DNA of 64,000 bases, from NCBI GenBank assembly GCA_028697455.1, contig JAQVEZ010000003.1, positions 42,972-106,971 of the forward strand, read 5' to 3'. The notes under the pieces are model-generated. The model was not told the origin of the DNA, searched no databases, and worked only from the letters and a program-made list of their open reading frames with translations. Position numbers and translations under genes: made by a program. Positions 46,580 to 54,772 of the stretch are shown piece after piece. Position 1 is the first letter of the stretch, and each line of letters opens with the position of its first letter. This stretch comes from Minisyncoccota bacterium (GTDB lineage Bacteria > Patescibacteriota > Minisyncoccia > Phycocordibacterales > UBA1006).

Positions 46580-46906
46580 TTATGCGTGGAGCTTGGTGCT
46601 GAGTTCTTTTTTCACTTGTTCTTTTGTTTTCCCTTGTGTTGAAACCAAAACACCACGACCGTGTTCTCGCTTCCACTCGTCCCAAAGGAAAGTAACCGTT
46701 ACCTCTGGCAATCGGTATCGTATAGATTGTAAAATATTACGTTCTATTTGTTCACGATTAATATCTGTTCGCTTTGAACTTATTTGAACGTCTAAATGAT
46801 TATCGTGAACATCAGTAACACGCCATTGAATATTTGTGATCATACCGCATTGTTTTCTGCTGAAAAAAAGCGTTTTGTTGTTAAGGATATCTTTGTTTAA
46901 TTCCAT
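46580..46906 (-). CDS. hypothetical protein, first gene of the riboswitch-controlled operon with metK
   Basis: 108-aa ORF whose stop abuts the metK start. No recognised domain. Confidence 0.4.
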   Translation of the reverse strand: MELNKDILNNKTLFFSRKQCGMITNIQWRVTDVHDNHLDVQISSKRTDINREQIERNILQSIRYRLPEVTVTFLWDEWKREHGRGVLVSTQGKTKEQVKKELSTKLHA

Positions 46907-46935
46907 AAAATAAAAGTATACTAACTGAATAATAT

Positions 46936-47056
46936 ACTTTCATCGATTACTCTGAGTTATAGGGTCATCAGCTGTAAATGGAGCACCTTGCGATTTCTTG
47001 TAGGTTGCTGGTAGGTCATAGAGTTACATCTCTCGCTACACTCTCGATGAAAGTAC
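46936..47056 (-). ncRNA. SAM-I (S-box)-like riboswitch aptamer in the leader of the 46580-metK operon
   Basis: P1 is formed by UACUUUCAUCGAG (plus 47044-47056) pairing with UCGAUGAAAGUA (plus 36936-46947 region; 46936-46947). Internal elements parallel S-box conserved blocks: AGAGU, CAGCAACC, GGUGCUCC…CAGC, GAUGA. TGCTATACT lies 7 nt upstream of P1, and a downstream hairpin AAAGUAUA…UAUACUUU followed by a U-run (46914-46941) precedes the ATG. Confidence 0.55.
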
Positions 47057-47156
47057 CCTGAGTATAGCACAAAGAAAAAACCTTTGGTATGAGGTTTTTT
47101 GATGATGAGCATCATATAAAATTGCTTTGAGCTCTCGATACCGATATAATAAAAAT

Positions 47157-47483
47157 ATGGAAAACATGTTTAACCCAGATAAATTTAAGAAAGAAACAGC
47201 GGCACCACAACAAGAAGATCTTTATCCAGAAACCATTGCTCTCGAAGATGGAGATGAGATTGTCAGAGTAAGTGTTGGTGATTTATTTCGATGGGATGGC
47301 CCTGTTGAGGAATATCCTCTTTTTAAATTATCAACGATCTACAAAGACCCTGACAATGATTTTTCAACTCATTTTTCCTTTCAGACACAAAAGCCTGACG
47401 GAACATGGGAAGAAGAAAACCAATCACACATGATTAACGAAGAACAATTCAAAAAACTATACCTCAAACACAAAATAGGATAA
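47157..47483 (+). CDS. hypothetical protein
   Basis: ORF followed by a strong terminator at 47488-47522. The start was set at MENMF because TATAAT lies 6 nt upstream. Confidence 0.4.
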   Translation: MENMFNPDKFKKETAAPQQEDLYPETIALEDGDEIVRVSVGDLFRWDGPVEEYPLFKLSTIYKDPDNDFSTHFSFQTQKPDGTWEEENQSHMINEEQFKKLYLKHKIG

Positions 47484-47487
47484 CAGC

Positions 47488-47522
47488 CTAAAACACCCAA
47501 TACTTCGTATTGGGTGTTTAAG
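47488..47522 (+). terminator. intrinsic terminator (AAACACCCAATAC-TTC-GTATTGGGTGTTT)
   Basis: 13-bp perfect stem after the stop of the 47157-47483 ORF. It marks the approximate left edge of the AT-rich island. Confidence 0.75.
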
Positions 47523-47683
47523 ATCATATGCTCCCCTTGTTGGACGCATTCAGAACCCTTAATTGGAATAAGATAGAACAAGAATTAGAATTTAGCGGTA
47601 TTCTAAGTTTCTTTGAAATTAGTTATACTTAAATAGCAGGCTCGCAGGGAGCCACCCCTGAAGGTGGCTGAAAATTAATTAGG

Positions 47684-47794
47684 CGTTGATTTTCGATGTT
47701 CTTTGACGAGTACCTTCTTGCCGTTTTTCAGCGTACGGTAATGTTTACGAACTTCAACAATCTTTTTGCCTTTCTCTGTTTTCGCCATAGAAAG
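47684..47794 (-). CDS. tiny basic protein (36 aa) with weak resemblance to the N-terminal half of ribosomal protein bL33. Divergently transcribed from the 514-aa island gene.
   Basis: Manual translation gives MAKTEKGKKIVEVRKHYRTLKNGKKVLVKEHRKSTPN (compare bL33 MAK…HFYTTTKNKR…). Not in the ORF track. Confidence 0.25.
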
Positions 47795-47821
47795 CTTTAA
47801 GATTAAAGTTTTTAATAAATA

Positions 47822-47862
47822 CTGTCATCGACCTTTGACAGCTAGTTGTCATCTGTCGCAGA
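47822..47862. promoter_or_regulatory. operator-like cluster of TGTCA/TGACA half-sites (CTGTCA-N8-TGACAG plus a direct-repeat TGTCATC) in the divergent promoter region of the island
   Basis: Read directly between the 47794 (-) and 47958 (+) starts. Confidence 0.35.
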
Positions 47863-47957
47863 TTGAAACAATACTTACCTTCCGAAGTGGCTCTCTATGA
47901 GCCTTTTCTTATTTTATACTTATTGAAAATACTTGTAAACTATTGTAAAGTGTAAGA

Positions 47958-49502
47958 ATGAGCGGTTTACATTTTGATATTGAAAACAATTCAAAAAATT
48001 ACCTAGATGAAAAGGAGCTTTTTATGCTTTTCTATTTATTAAAGAATAAGCGTATATCTACATATAGCGGTGTGTTTGTACCTAACCCTAAGCAAGTACT
48101 TATCAAGCCAGATACTACCCCTGAGGATTTATGGGAAAGAATGAATTACAGAGGGCAATCTGTAGTTGTTTTAAATCACTTGTTAAATCTGGGAAAAAAT
48201 TTAGATGAGAAAGGTTTTTCAATATATTGCAACGCTGACTATTCTCTAGTAGAAGGTGGATTTTTAACTGATGATTTTCATAAAGAAATGTACGATTATT
48301 TGAATCTTTCTGAATCTGAACGCAGAAAAGATACTATACTGAATAAAGAACAGAAAGACTTTCTTGAAGAGGTAATTGCAGGAAAACTAGACTTAAAAGA
48401 TATTAATACAAGTGTGCAGTTTACTAAGTTAGCAAACCCTCCCGTTGAATGTTATAGAGAATGTATTTTAAATAAAAAAGCTGATGAAAGATTTATTGAG
48501 TTAATAAATAAGCTTGTTACTAATTATGACGGCGGATTATGGAAAACAGAAGATATAGAAGAATTTTTAAATATCTGGTATCAATCAAATAAAAAACTGG
48601 TAGTAGACAGCGAGCAAGGAATTTTTTATGAAGATAATCAAAAAAAGCTATCTCGTTTAATTTTTGAAAATGTTGAGATTCAATTGGTTTTAAAAGATAC
48701 TCAAAAACTAGAAGAATATTTAAATGACTATCTCAATCTCTATAAAAATGACAAATTAAAAGGATTAAGCAGAACAGGGCTTACTAGAAGTTTCTTTTCT
48801 TCGGGTTATGCGGAAGATATAAATAAAAGCTTTTATGGATACAAAAGACAAAGAGATATTTTAATAAAGCATATTGAAGCTGTTTATAACGAATACCAAA
48901 GAAAAGACTTAGAAATTACAAATCCATACATAGAACCTGAGTATATTGGCGATGAAAAAATCGGTACGGTAAAAATAAAACCAGTTGAAGAAAACAAAGA
49001 AAGAGATTCTTTTCTCTTCGTACATACAATGATAACTCTTGAAAAAGAAATGTATTTAAATATTAATGATTATTCATATGGTACTAAGGAGATGTTTGAT
49101 TTATACGACAGAGGTTTTTTGTTTGAAGTTACTTTAAATTCAATGCCTATTGAAGAAGAAAATAGTAAAGAACCTACAGTACAAAATGATACGGTTTATT
49201 TTGATACTGAGGTTTCAAAGATTTTATGTAATGGGAATGAAATAAAAATAACAAAAGGTAAAGATATTTATTATGCAATTAAGTATCTATTTGAAAGAAA
49301 GGATACTTATGAAGAATGTTTTTATGATGAAATTAGAGATGATTCTGAGTTAAATGACGGCAAAAAAAGGACTGACAAAAATATTTATGATGCCTTAATG
49401 CAATTCAACAAAAGACTTATAAATAAAGGAATTGATGACCTTTTTGTGATTAATTTTCGCTCAATAAAGATAAGAAATAAATACAAGATAGTTACACTAT
49501 AA
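47958..49502 (+). CDS. hypothetical protein, 514 aa, island cargo with no recognisable domain
   Basis: Long ORF at ~30% GC, followed by the terminator hairpin AATCC-TTCG-GGATT plus T-run at 49541-49562. Confidence 0.5.
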   Translation: MSGLHFDIENNSKNYLDEKELFMLFYLLKNKRISTYSGVFVPNPKQVLIKPDTTPEDLWERMNYRGQSVVVLNHLLNLGKNLDEKGFSIYCNADYSLVEGGFLTDDFHKEMYDYLNLSESERRKDTILNKEQKDFLEEVIAGKLDLKDINTSVQFTKLANPPVECYRECILNKKADERFIELINKLVTNYDGGLWKTEDIEEFLNIWYQSNKKLVVDSEQGIFYEDNQKKLSRLIFENVEIQLVLKDTQKLEEYLNDYLNLYKNDKLKGLSRTGLTRSFFSSGYAEDINKSFYGYKRQRDILIKHIEAVYNEYQRKDLEITNPYIEPEYIGDEKIGTVKIKPVEENKERDSFLFVHTMITLEKEMYLNINDYSYGTKEMFDLYDRGFLFEVTLNSMPIEEENSKEPTVQNDTVYFDTEVSKILCNGNEIKITKGKDIYYAIKYLFERKDTYEECFYDEIRDDSELNDGKKRTDKNIYDALMQFNKRLINKGIDDLFVINFRSIKIRNKYKIVTL

Positions 49503-49566
49503 AACACTATAAGTAAAACAAAATAAAGCATTTTATATCCTGAAGTTAATCCTTCGGGATTTTATT

Positions 49567-49731
49567 TATGCAGGAAAATATCAAACAAGAAAATAATCTA
49601 GAAAACCTTGATTTTGAATCAAAGCAAAATCTTGTTGGTTTTTTTGATTTGCTCTTGAAAATTGATATGCGAATCAATCCTGATTTATACAAAGAAGATT
49701 ATCAACCTAAAAAAGAACAAGAAATATGATA
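49567..49731 (+). CDS. small acidic protein (54 aa) translationally coupled (ATGA overlap) to the Rep-like gene
   Basis: Manual translation gives MQENIKQENNLENLDFESKQNLVGFFDLLLKIDMRINPDLYKEDYQPKKEQEI. The stop overlaps the start of the 49726 gene. Confidence 0.3.
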
Positions 49732-50829
49732 GATACAATTATTATCAACATTACTAGAAGCAAGGTAAGAATGCTTTCAGGAGAACGCTGGGATTTAATT
49801 GCGAAAAAGGACTTTTATTCCAAGTTTGCAAGGAACCCCACCAAAAGACAAAAAGAAAGTGATAGATACTACCCTCGTTTGACAGGAGTACAAAGAGCAG
49901 GAAGTGAATCAATCGTAAAGATAGAGTTTTCAATTCCCAAGCTTCTATACTTAAACAATCTTGATGAGCTAGAAGAGAAAGATTTTAAAGAAGTAATTAA
50001 AACACTTCACGAAAGACTGAAAGATATGAGCGTCTTAATATTTGAAAAAGACCTTATCAACGCAGATGTATCTGCAGTTCATTATTCAAAAAACATAGTG
50101 CTAACAAGTGGATATACAGCAAAACATATTATTTCAGAATTGCAGAAAATAAATCTTAATAAACTGAATGATTTAACAAAGACAAGGTTTATGAATAGTG
50201 GAGAAAGTTTACAAGGATATTCAATTTCTAACTCATTTGTCTTTTATGACAAAATATCTGACTTACAAAAAGATGAAAAACGAGCGATAGACAGAGAACA
50301 GAATCCGTATCAAAGGAGTTTATTTAGCTCTTTAAAAGATGAAGAAATACTACGCTTTGAAGTAAGACTTTCACAAAAGAGAAAGTTGAATACTCTATTC
50401 AAGCAATATGGATTCAAAACGAACCCTACATTTCAAGAAGCTTTTTCACTAGATAAAGCTTTAAAAGTGATGACTGAGTATTGGAATGAAAAAATAGATA
50501 AAAACAAATATGTTTTATTTACTTATTCTGAAAACACAGAATCATTACTAAAAAAGATTAGTATTGCACGACCAAAATCACGACCGCAAACATTACTATC
50601 ACTTCTAGGATTAGTATCTTTTGCAAAAGATAATAAAGGCGGATTAAGAGAATTAAGGACAATACTTACTGCACGAATTACTGATAGAGCTTGGTATTCA
50701 ATAGTTAAAAATTTGAAGACTATTTCAAAAGATTTGGAATCATTAAGCGAGCTAGATTGGTATCAGGAAGTTTCAAAACAGATTAAAAATTATAAGCCAT
50801 ACAAGACAAAAAAGTTATCAAAAGCATAG
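49726..50829 (+). CDS. Rep_trans-like rolling-circle replication initiator (pT181 RepC / Tn916-Orf20-like)
   Basis: ESLQGYSISNSFVFYDKISDLQKDEK resembles the RepC block …[22 protein letters not shown], and EILRFEVRLSQKRKL resembles HLWRVEIELKRD. Confidence 0.45.
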   Translation: MIDTIIINITRSKVRMLSGERWDLIAKKDFYSKFARNPTKRQKESDRYYPRLTGVQRAGSESIVKIEFSIPKLLYLNNLDELEEKDFKEVIKTLHERLKDMSVLIFEKDLINADVSAVHYSKNIVLTSGYTAKHIISELQKINLNKLNDLTKTRFMNSGESLQGYSISNSFVFYDKISDLQKDEKRAIDREQNPYQRSLFSSLKDEEILRFEVRLSQKRKLNTLFKQYGFKTNPTFQEAFSLDKALKVMTEYWNEKIDKNKYVLFTYSENTESLLKKISIARPKSRPQTLLSLLGLVSFAKDNKGGLRELRTILTARITDRAWYSIVKNLKTISKDLESLSELDWYQEVSKQIKNYKPYKTKKLSKA

Positions 50830-50870
50830 ATTTGCAATGTAAACTATTGTCAAGTATAATATAAACAATT

Positions 50871-51692
50871 ATGACTAAAGAAATTAAAAATAAACAAGAC
50901 ATTACCCTCTTTGAACAACAAGAAGTCAGAAAAGTATGGCACAAAGAAAAGTGGCATTTTGCAATTATTGATGTTGTAAAAATTCTTACTGATTCTGTAC
51001 AACCTGAAGGGTATATCAAGGATATGAGAAGGCGTGATAAGGAGCTTTCTGAAGGGTGGGGGCAAATTGCCACCCTCCTTTCCATAGATACAAAAGGAGG
51101 TAAACAAAAGATGAATTGTGCTGACTTGGAAGGTATTTTCCGTATTATTCAATCAATTCCCTCTCCAAAAGCAGAACCATTTAAACGCTGGCTCGCAAAA
51201 GTTGGTAAAGAGCGAATTGATGAAATAGCGAATCCTGAATTGGCAGTGAACAGAGCAAAAGAAATTTACGAAAAGAAAGGATATGAAAAAGACTGGATTG
51301 ATAAACGAATGCGAGGTATTGCTGTTAGAAATACTTTAACAGACGAATGGAAAGAAAGAGATATAAAAGGTATTGAATACGGAATCCTGACAAACGAAAT
51401 TTACAAAGGTACTTTTGAACAAGACCATAAATCTTTAATGAAGATAAAAGGTTTGGATAAAAAGAAAGGAGACAATTTACGAGACCATATGGGAGATGTT
51501 GAGCTTATTTTAACAATGCTCGCTGAAGCGACTTCAACAGAAATTACAAAGAGCAAAGACTCAAAAGGAATGAATGAGATAAAGCAGGATGTAAAGAAAG
51601 GAGGACAAATTGCTGGTAATACACGAAAGAAGATTGAAGCTGAGACTGGTAAAAAAGTTATTACTAAAAGTAACCGCAAAGAATTGAAATAA
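50871..51692 (+). CDS. DinD-like / Bro-N domain protein (DNA-damage-inducible protein D family)
   Basis: Bro-N-like N-terminus EVRKVWHKEKWHFAIIDVVKILTD, and a C-terminal block KGLDKKKGDNLRDHMGDVELILTMLAEATSTEITKSKD that matches E. coli DinD KGLKKNQKILDHMGSTELAANLFRATQTEEKLKRD. Confidence 0.6.
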   Translation: MTKEIKNKQDITLFEQQEVRKVWHKEKWHFAIIDVVKILTDSVQPEGYIKDMRRRDKELSEGWGQIATLLSIDTKGGKQKMNCADLEGIFRIIQSIPSPKAEPFKRWLAKVGKERIDEIANPELAVNRAKEIYEKKGYEKDWIDKRMRGIAVRNTLTDEWKERDIKGIEYGILTNEIYKGTFEQDHKSLMKIKGLDKKKGDNLRDHMGDVELILTMLAEATSTEITKSKDSKGMNEIKQDVKKGGQIAGNTRKKIEAETGKKVITKSNRKELK

Positions 51693-51693
51693 T

Positions 51694-51879
51694 ATGAGCA
51701 ACAAACAAGAGAAAGAATTTTACAAATCGGAAGATTTAGCTGAAAAGCTAGATGTAAACATAATGACGATTTATCGTTATATCAAAGCTGGCAGATTGAA
51801 AGCACATAAGATTGGTAAGGAATTTAGAATTGAACAAAAAGAATTTTTGAATTTTCTTAAAAATACAAAAACCAAATAA
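51694..51879 (+). CDS. Excisionase-family HTH (HTH_17 / MerR-like) DNA-binding protein
   Basis: …VNIMTIYRYIKAGRLKAHKIGKEFRI… is the typical Xis/HTH_17 signature; 61 aa. Confidence 0.65.
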   Translation: MSNKQEKEFYKSEDLAEKLDVNIMTIYRYIKAGRLKAHKIGKEFRIEQKEFLNFLKNTKTK

Positions 51880-51884
51880 TCAAT

Positions 51885-52691
51885 ATGAGTAAGACAAAAA
51901 AAACTAAAATAAAGACTAACGTTGTATACAATGAAAGTTGTTTGGAAACTATGGCAAAAATGCCAGATAATTTTGTAGACTTAACTGTCACCTCTCCTCC
52001 TTATGATAATTTGCGGGATTATGGTGGAAACCCTTTTCCTTTTAAGGAGTTTATGTTAATTGCAAAAGAATTACACCGAGTAACTAAAGACGGTGGTATT
52101 GTTGTTTGGGTTGTTGGAGACCAAACCATAAAAGGAAATGAGACGGGAACATCTTTTAAACAAGCACTCTACTTCAAAGAAGTTGGTTTTAAATTGTTCG
52201 ATACAATGATTTACCAAAAGACTCCCAGGGGTGCAGTTGGTAATAATAAAACATATTGGCAAACTTTTGAGTATATGTTTGTTCTTAGTAAAGGAACCCC
52301 GAAAAGTATTAACTTAATTAAGGACAGAGAAAACAAAAGTGCTAGGGATGGAGATAATGGAACCAAGAGACTTAAGGATGGTACTCTGATTAAACAAAAA
52401 AGGAAGGGTTATTCACAATACGGCAGAAGAACTAACGTCTGGGAATATCTAATAGGCAGAGGACATTCTGCAAGTGATAATATTGCGTATGAACATCCAG
52501 CCATATTTCCAGAGAAACTAGCAGAAGACCATATTATTTCCTGGAGCAATAAAGGAGATATCGTTTATGACCCATTTATGGGAAGTGGAACAACAGCAAA
52601 GATGGCAATCATAAATAAAAGAAAATATATTGGAAGTGAGTTATTTAGTGAATATATAGAAATTATAAATAAAAGAATTAAAAATATATGA
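51885..52691 (+). CDS. DNA methyltransferase, N4-cytosine/N6-adenine family (pfam01555-like, beta-class order IV…I)
   Basis: Motif IV TVTSPPYDN near the N-terminus, …HPAIFPEKLAEDHI…, and motif I IVYDPFMGSGTTAKMA near the C-terminus. Confidence 0.8.
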   Translation: MSKTKKTKIKTNVVYNESCLETMAKMPDNFVDLTVTSPPYDNLRDYGGNPFPFKEFMLIAKELHRVTKDGGIVVWVVGDQTIKGNETGTSFKQALYFKEVGFKLFDTMIYQKTPRGAVGNNKTYWQTFEYMFVLSKGTPKSINLIKDRENKSARDGDNGTKRLKDGTLIKQKRKGYSQYGRRTNVWEYLIGRGHSASDNIAYEHPAIFPEKLAEDHIISWSNKGDIVYDPFMGSGTTAKMAIINKRKYIGSELFSEYIEIINKRIKNI

Positions 52692-53146
52692 TTTGTACAG
52701 AGTGTAATAAAAATGAAGCATTAAAGGGTGAATTTTGCGAATCTTGTTTTAATGAAACTAAAATATGCCGTAGGTGTCAAAAGCAGAAAAGTATTTTTGA
52801 ATTTGAAAAAAATCAAAAGAGTATAGCTGGAAAAGTTTCTAGGCGGGGTGAATGTAAAGAATGCAGAAGTTGGAAAAAACCAATAAACCAGAAAGCTCGT
52901 ACTGAATATGAAAAAAATAATCCGCCTACCCCGATAGGAGAATCGTTTACTTGTCCTGTCTGTAAGAAAACTTTTATTCGCCAATTCAAAAATGATGTTG
53001 TATTAGAGCACGACCACAAGACTGGTGAAATAAGGGGGTGGCTTTGCAGAATGTGTAACAATGGTATGGGTATGATGGAAGATGATATTGGAATTTTGGA
53101 ACGAGCAATTAAATGGCTAAAAGGTACATTATCCATATTTCTATAA
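52688..53146 (+). CDS. Endonuclease VII-family HNH (His-Me finger) nuclease, Cys-rich
   Basis: DHDHKTGEIRGWLCRMCNNGMG is the EndoVII/HNH core. There are multiple CxxC pairs, and the start overlaps the MTase stop (ATGA). Confidence 0.65.
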   Translation: MICTECNKNEALKGEFCESCFNETKICRRCQKQKSIFEFEKNQKSIAGKVSRRGECKECRSWKKPINQKARTEYEKNNPPTPIGESFTCPVCKKTFIRQFKNDVVLEHDHKTGEIRGWLCRMCNNGMGMMEDDIGILERAIKWLKGTLSIFL

Positions 53147-53150
53147 AAAT

Positions 53151-54650
53151 ATGAAAGCAATAATCTTAGCTAGAGTATCAACAGAAGAACAAAAAGAAGC
53201 TGGAAACTCATTGCCAGCTCAGATAACTCGCATAGAAAGATATTGTGAGCAACAGAAATTTGAGGTTATTGATACCTTTTCTTTTGACGAATCTGCATAT
53301 AAAACAAAAAGAGATGAGTTTGATAAAATACTAGATTTTCTAAAAACTAATAAAGAAAAAGTAGCAGTTTGTTTTGATAAGGTTGATAGACTTTCTCGTA
53401 ATGTTTTTGATAAAAGAGTTTCAGTGCTTTATGAAAAAGCTGTAAATGACGAGATTGAATTACACTTTGTATCAGACGGACAAGTTATTAATTCAAATAT
53501 GTCTGCTGTTGCGAAGTTTCAATTTGGAATGAGTCTAGGACTAGCGAAGTATTACTCAGACGCAATTTCAGACAATGTTAAAAGAGCTTTTGAAAAGATG
53601 AGAGCTGAAGGTAAATGGACTGGAAGAGTGAGAATCGGATACAAGAATACTACAGATGAAAATGGAAATAGAGATATTGCTTTAGATGAAGAGCGGGCTG
53701 ATTTGGTACATAGAATTTTTGAAATGTATGCGACAGGCAATCACTCTATTGCGAGTATCCTAAAAGAGATGAATAAACTTGGATTAAAAAGCTTAAATGG
53801 AAATAAGCTTTCTAAGAGTAATATTGACTTAATCTTGAATGATACTTTTTATTATGGAATGGCGTATTCCAAGAAATATAATTATTACTATCCGCACAAA
53901 TATGAAAAGCTTGTATCAAAGGAATTATTTTTTAAGTGTAAAGAAGTACGACTAGATAGAGCGAGAAAACCCTCAAAGGTTGATTCAAATAACTTTATAT
54001 TTAAAGGGCTTTTGACCTGCCAAAAATGTGGATGTTCTGTTACTCCTGAGATAAAGACTAAGAAGAGCGGAAAGCAATATATTTACTATTCTTGTACTAA
54101 TTCTAAGGGTATTTGCCAAAGAGAATATATACCTGAAAAGACCCTCCTAGAGCCGATTCTAGCCGTTCTAGAGCGATTTGAGAGCATTACACAGGATACA
54201 CAGGACTATCTTCTAAAAGAGCTTAGAAAGAATAATGAAGCTGAGGTTGAATTTCATAAAAAACAGCTAAAACGAATCAATACAGAATATCAAACAATAC
54301 AATCTAAAATTAGCAGACTTACAGACCTTCTTTTAGACAATAGTATTACTAAGGAATCATATGAAGAAAAACTGCAAGAGCTTAAACACAAACAGCTAAA
54401 GCTTGGAGTAGAAATTGATTTATATACAAAAGCAGATAAAGACTATTTATTGACTGTATCTAAAGTACTTTCTCTCGCTACAAGAGTAAAAACAATATTT
54501 GAAAGTTCTGAAATACACGAAAAACGAGCATTGTTAAATTATTTAATTCAGAACCCTACTCTAAACGGAAAAAAGCTATATTTTTCAATAGCTTCTCCAT
54601 ATAATTTGGTACTAGATTTAGCTAGTAAACCTACTTGGCTCCCCGGGTAG
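53151..54650 (+). CDS. Large serine recombinase (integrase)
   Basis: Catalytic AIILARVSTEEQ…DRLSRN resolvase domain, a recombinase domain, a zinc ribbon CQKCGCSV…YYSCTNSKGICQ, and a coiled-coil. The last 15 nt overlap tRNA-Asn on the opposite strand. Confidence 0.88.
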   Translation: MKAIILARVSTEEQKEAGNSLPAQITRIERYCEQQKFEVIDTFSFDESAYKTKRDEFDKILDFLKTNKEKVAVCFDKVDRLSRNVFDKRVSVLYEKAVNDEIELHFVSDGQVINSNMSAVAKFQFGMSLGLAKYYSDAISDNVKRAFEKMRAEGKWTGRVRIGYKNTTDENGNRDIALDEERADLVHRIFEMYATGNHSIASILKEMNKLGLKSLNGNKLSKSNIDLILNDTFYYGMAYSKKYNYYYPHKYEKLVSKELFFKCKEVRLDRARKPSKVDSNNFIFKGLLTCQKCGCSVTPEIKTKKSGKQYIYYSCTNSKGICQREYIPEKTLLEPILAVLERFESITQDTQDYLLKELRKNNEAEVEFHKKQLKRINTEYQTIQSKISRLTDLLLDNSITKESYEEKLQELKHKQLKLGVEIDLYTKADKDYLLTVSKVLSLATRVKTIFESSEIHEKRALLNYLIQNPTLNGKKLYFSIASPYNLVLDLASKPTWLPG

Positions 54651-54710
54651 GATTCGAACCTACGGCCAATCGGTTAACAGCCGATTGCTCTACCGCTGAG
54701 CTACCGGGGA
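54636..54710 (-). tRNA. tRNA-Asn (anticodon GTT), CCA encoded
   Basis: Manual fold gives a 7-bp acceptor TCCCCGG/CCGGGGA, a D-arm GCTC-AGCGGTA-GAGC, an anticodon stem ATCGG/CCGAT with loop CTGTTAA, and a T-arm GTAGG-TTCGAAT-CCTAC. An upstream promoter TTGCAT-17 bp-TATATT sits 8 nt before +1. Confidence 0.85.
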
Positions 54711-54772
54711 ATCGTGAATAATATATCACAGGGGGTATAAAAATGCAAAACAAAAAAGCTTTTGAAGCTTTT

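Larger units (their letters stand above)
47530..54710. mobile_element. Integrated mobile element (~7 kb), AT-richer than its flanks, bounded on the right by tRNA-Asn. It carries a large serine recombinase, Xis-like HTH, DinD/Bro-N, Rep_trans-like initiator, DNA MTase plus EndoVII-HNH, and a 514-aa orphan. The left boundary is approximate.
   Basis: Gene content as listed below; a compositional shift to ~30% GC; the integrase 3' end overlaps tRNA-Asn; and the genes switch to the + strand against the minus-strand core. Confidence 0.7.

Noticed and set aside
46914-46921. The AGTATACT motif immediately upstream of ATGs read as a palindromic protein-binding site rather than a -10 box
   Set aside because: AGTATACT is self-complementary, but most occurrences are TGnTATACT or TATAAT variants that are not palindromic, are positioned at a fixed 6-10 nt from ATG, and are sometimes paired with TTGACT/TTGCAT at a 16-17-bp spacing. 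That behaviour is a -10 promoter element.
47530-47960. A direct repeat of the tRNA-Asn 3' end at the left edge of the island, which would be a tyrosine-integrase-style attL
   Set aside because: No match of 10 nt or more to TGGCTCCCCGGGTAGGATTCGAACC or its complement was found in 47.4-48.0 kb. This fits a serine integrase, which needs no long direct repeats, so the left boundary remains approximate.
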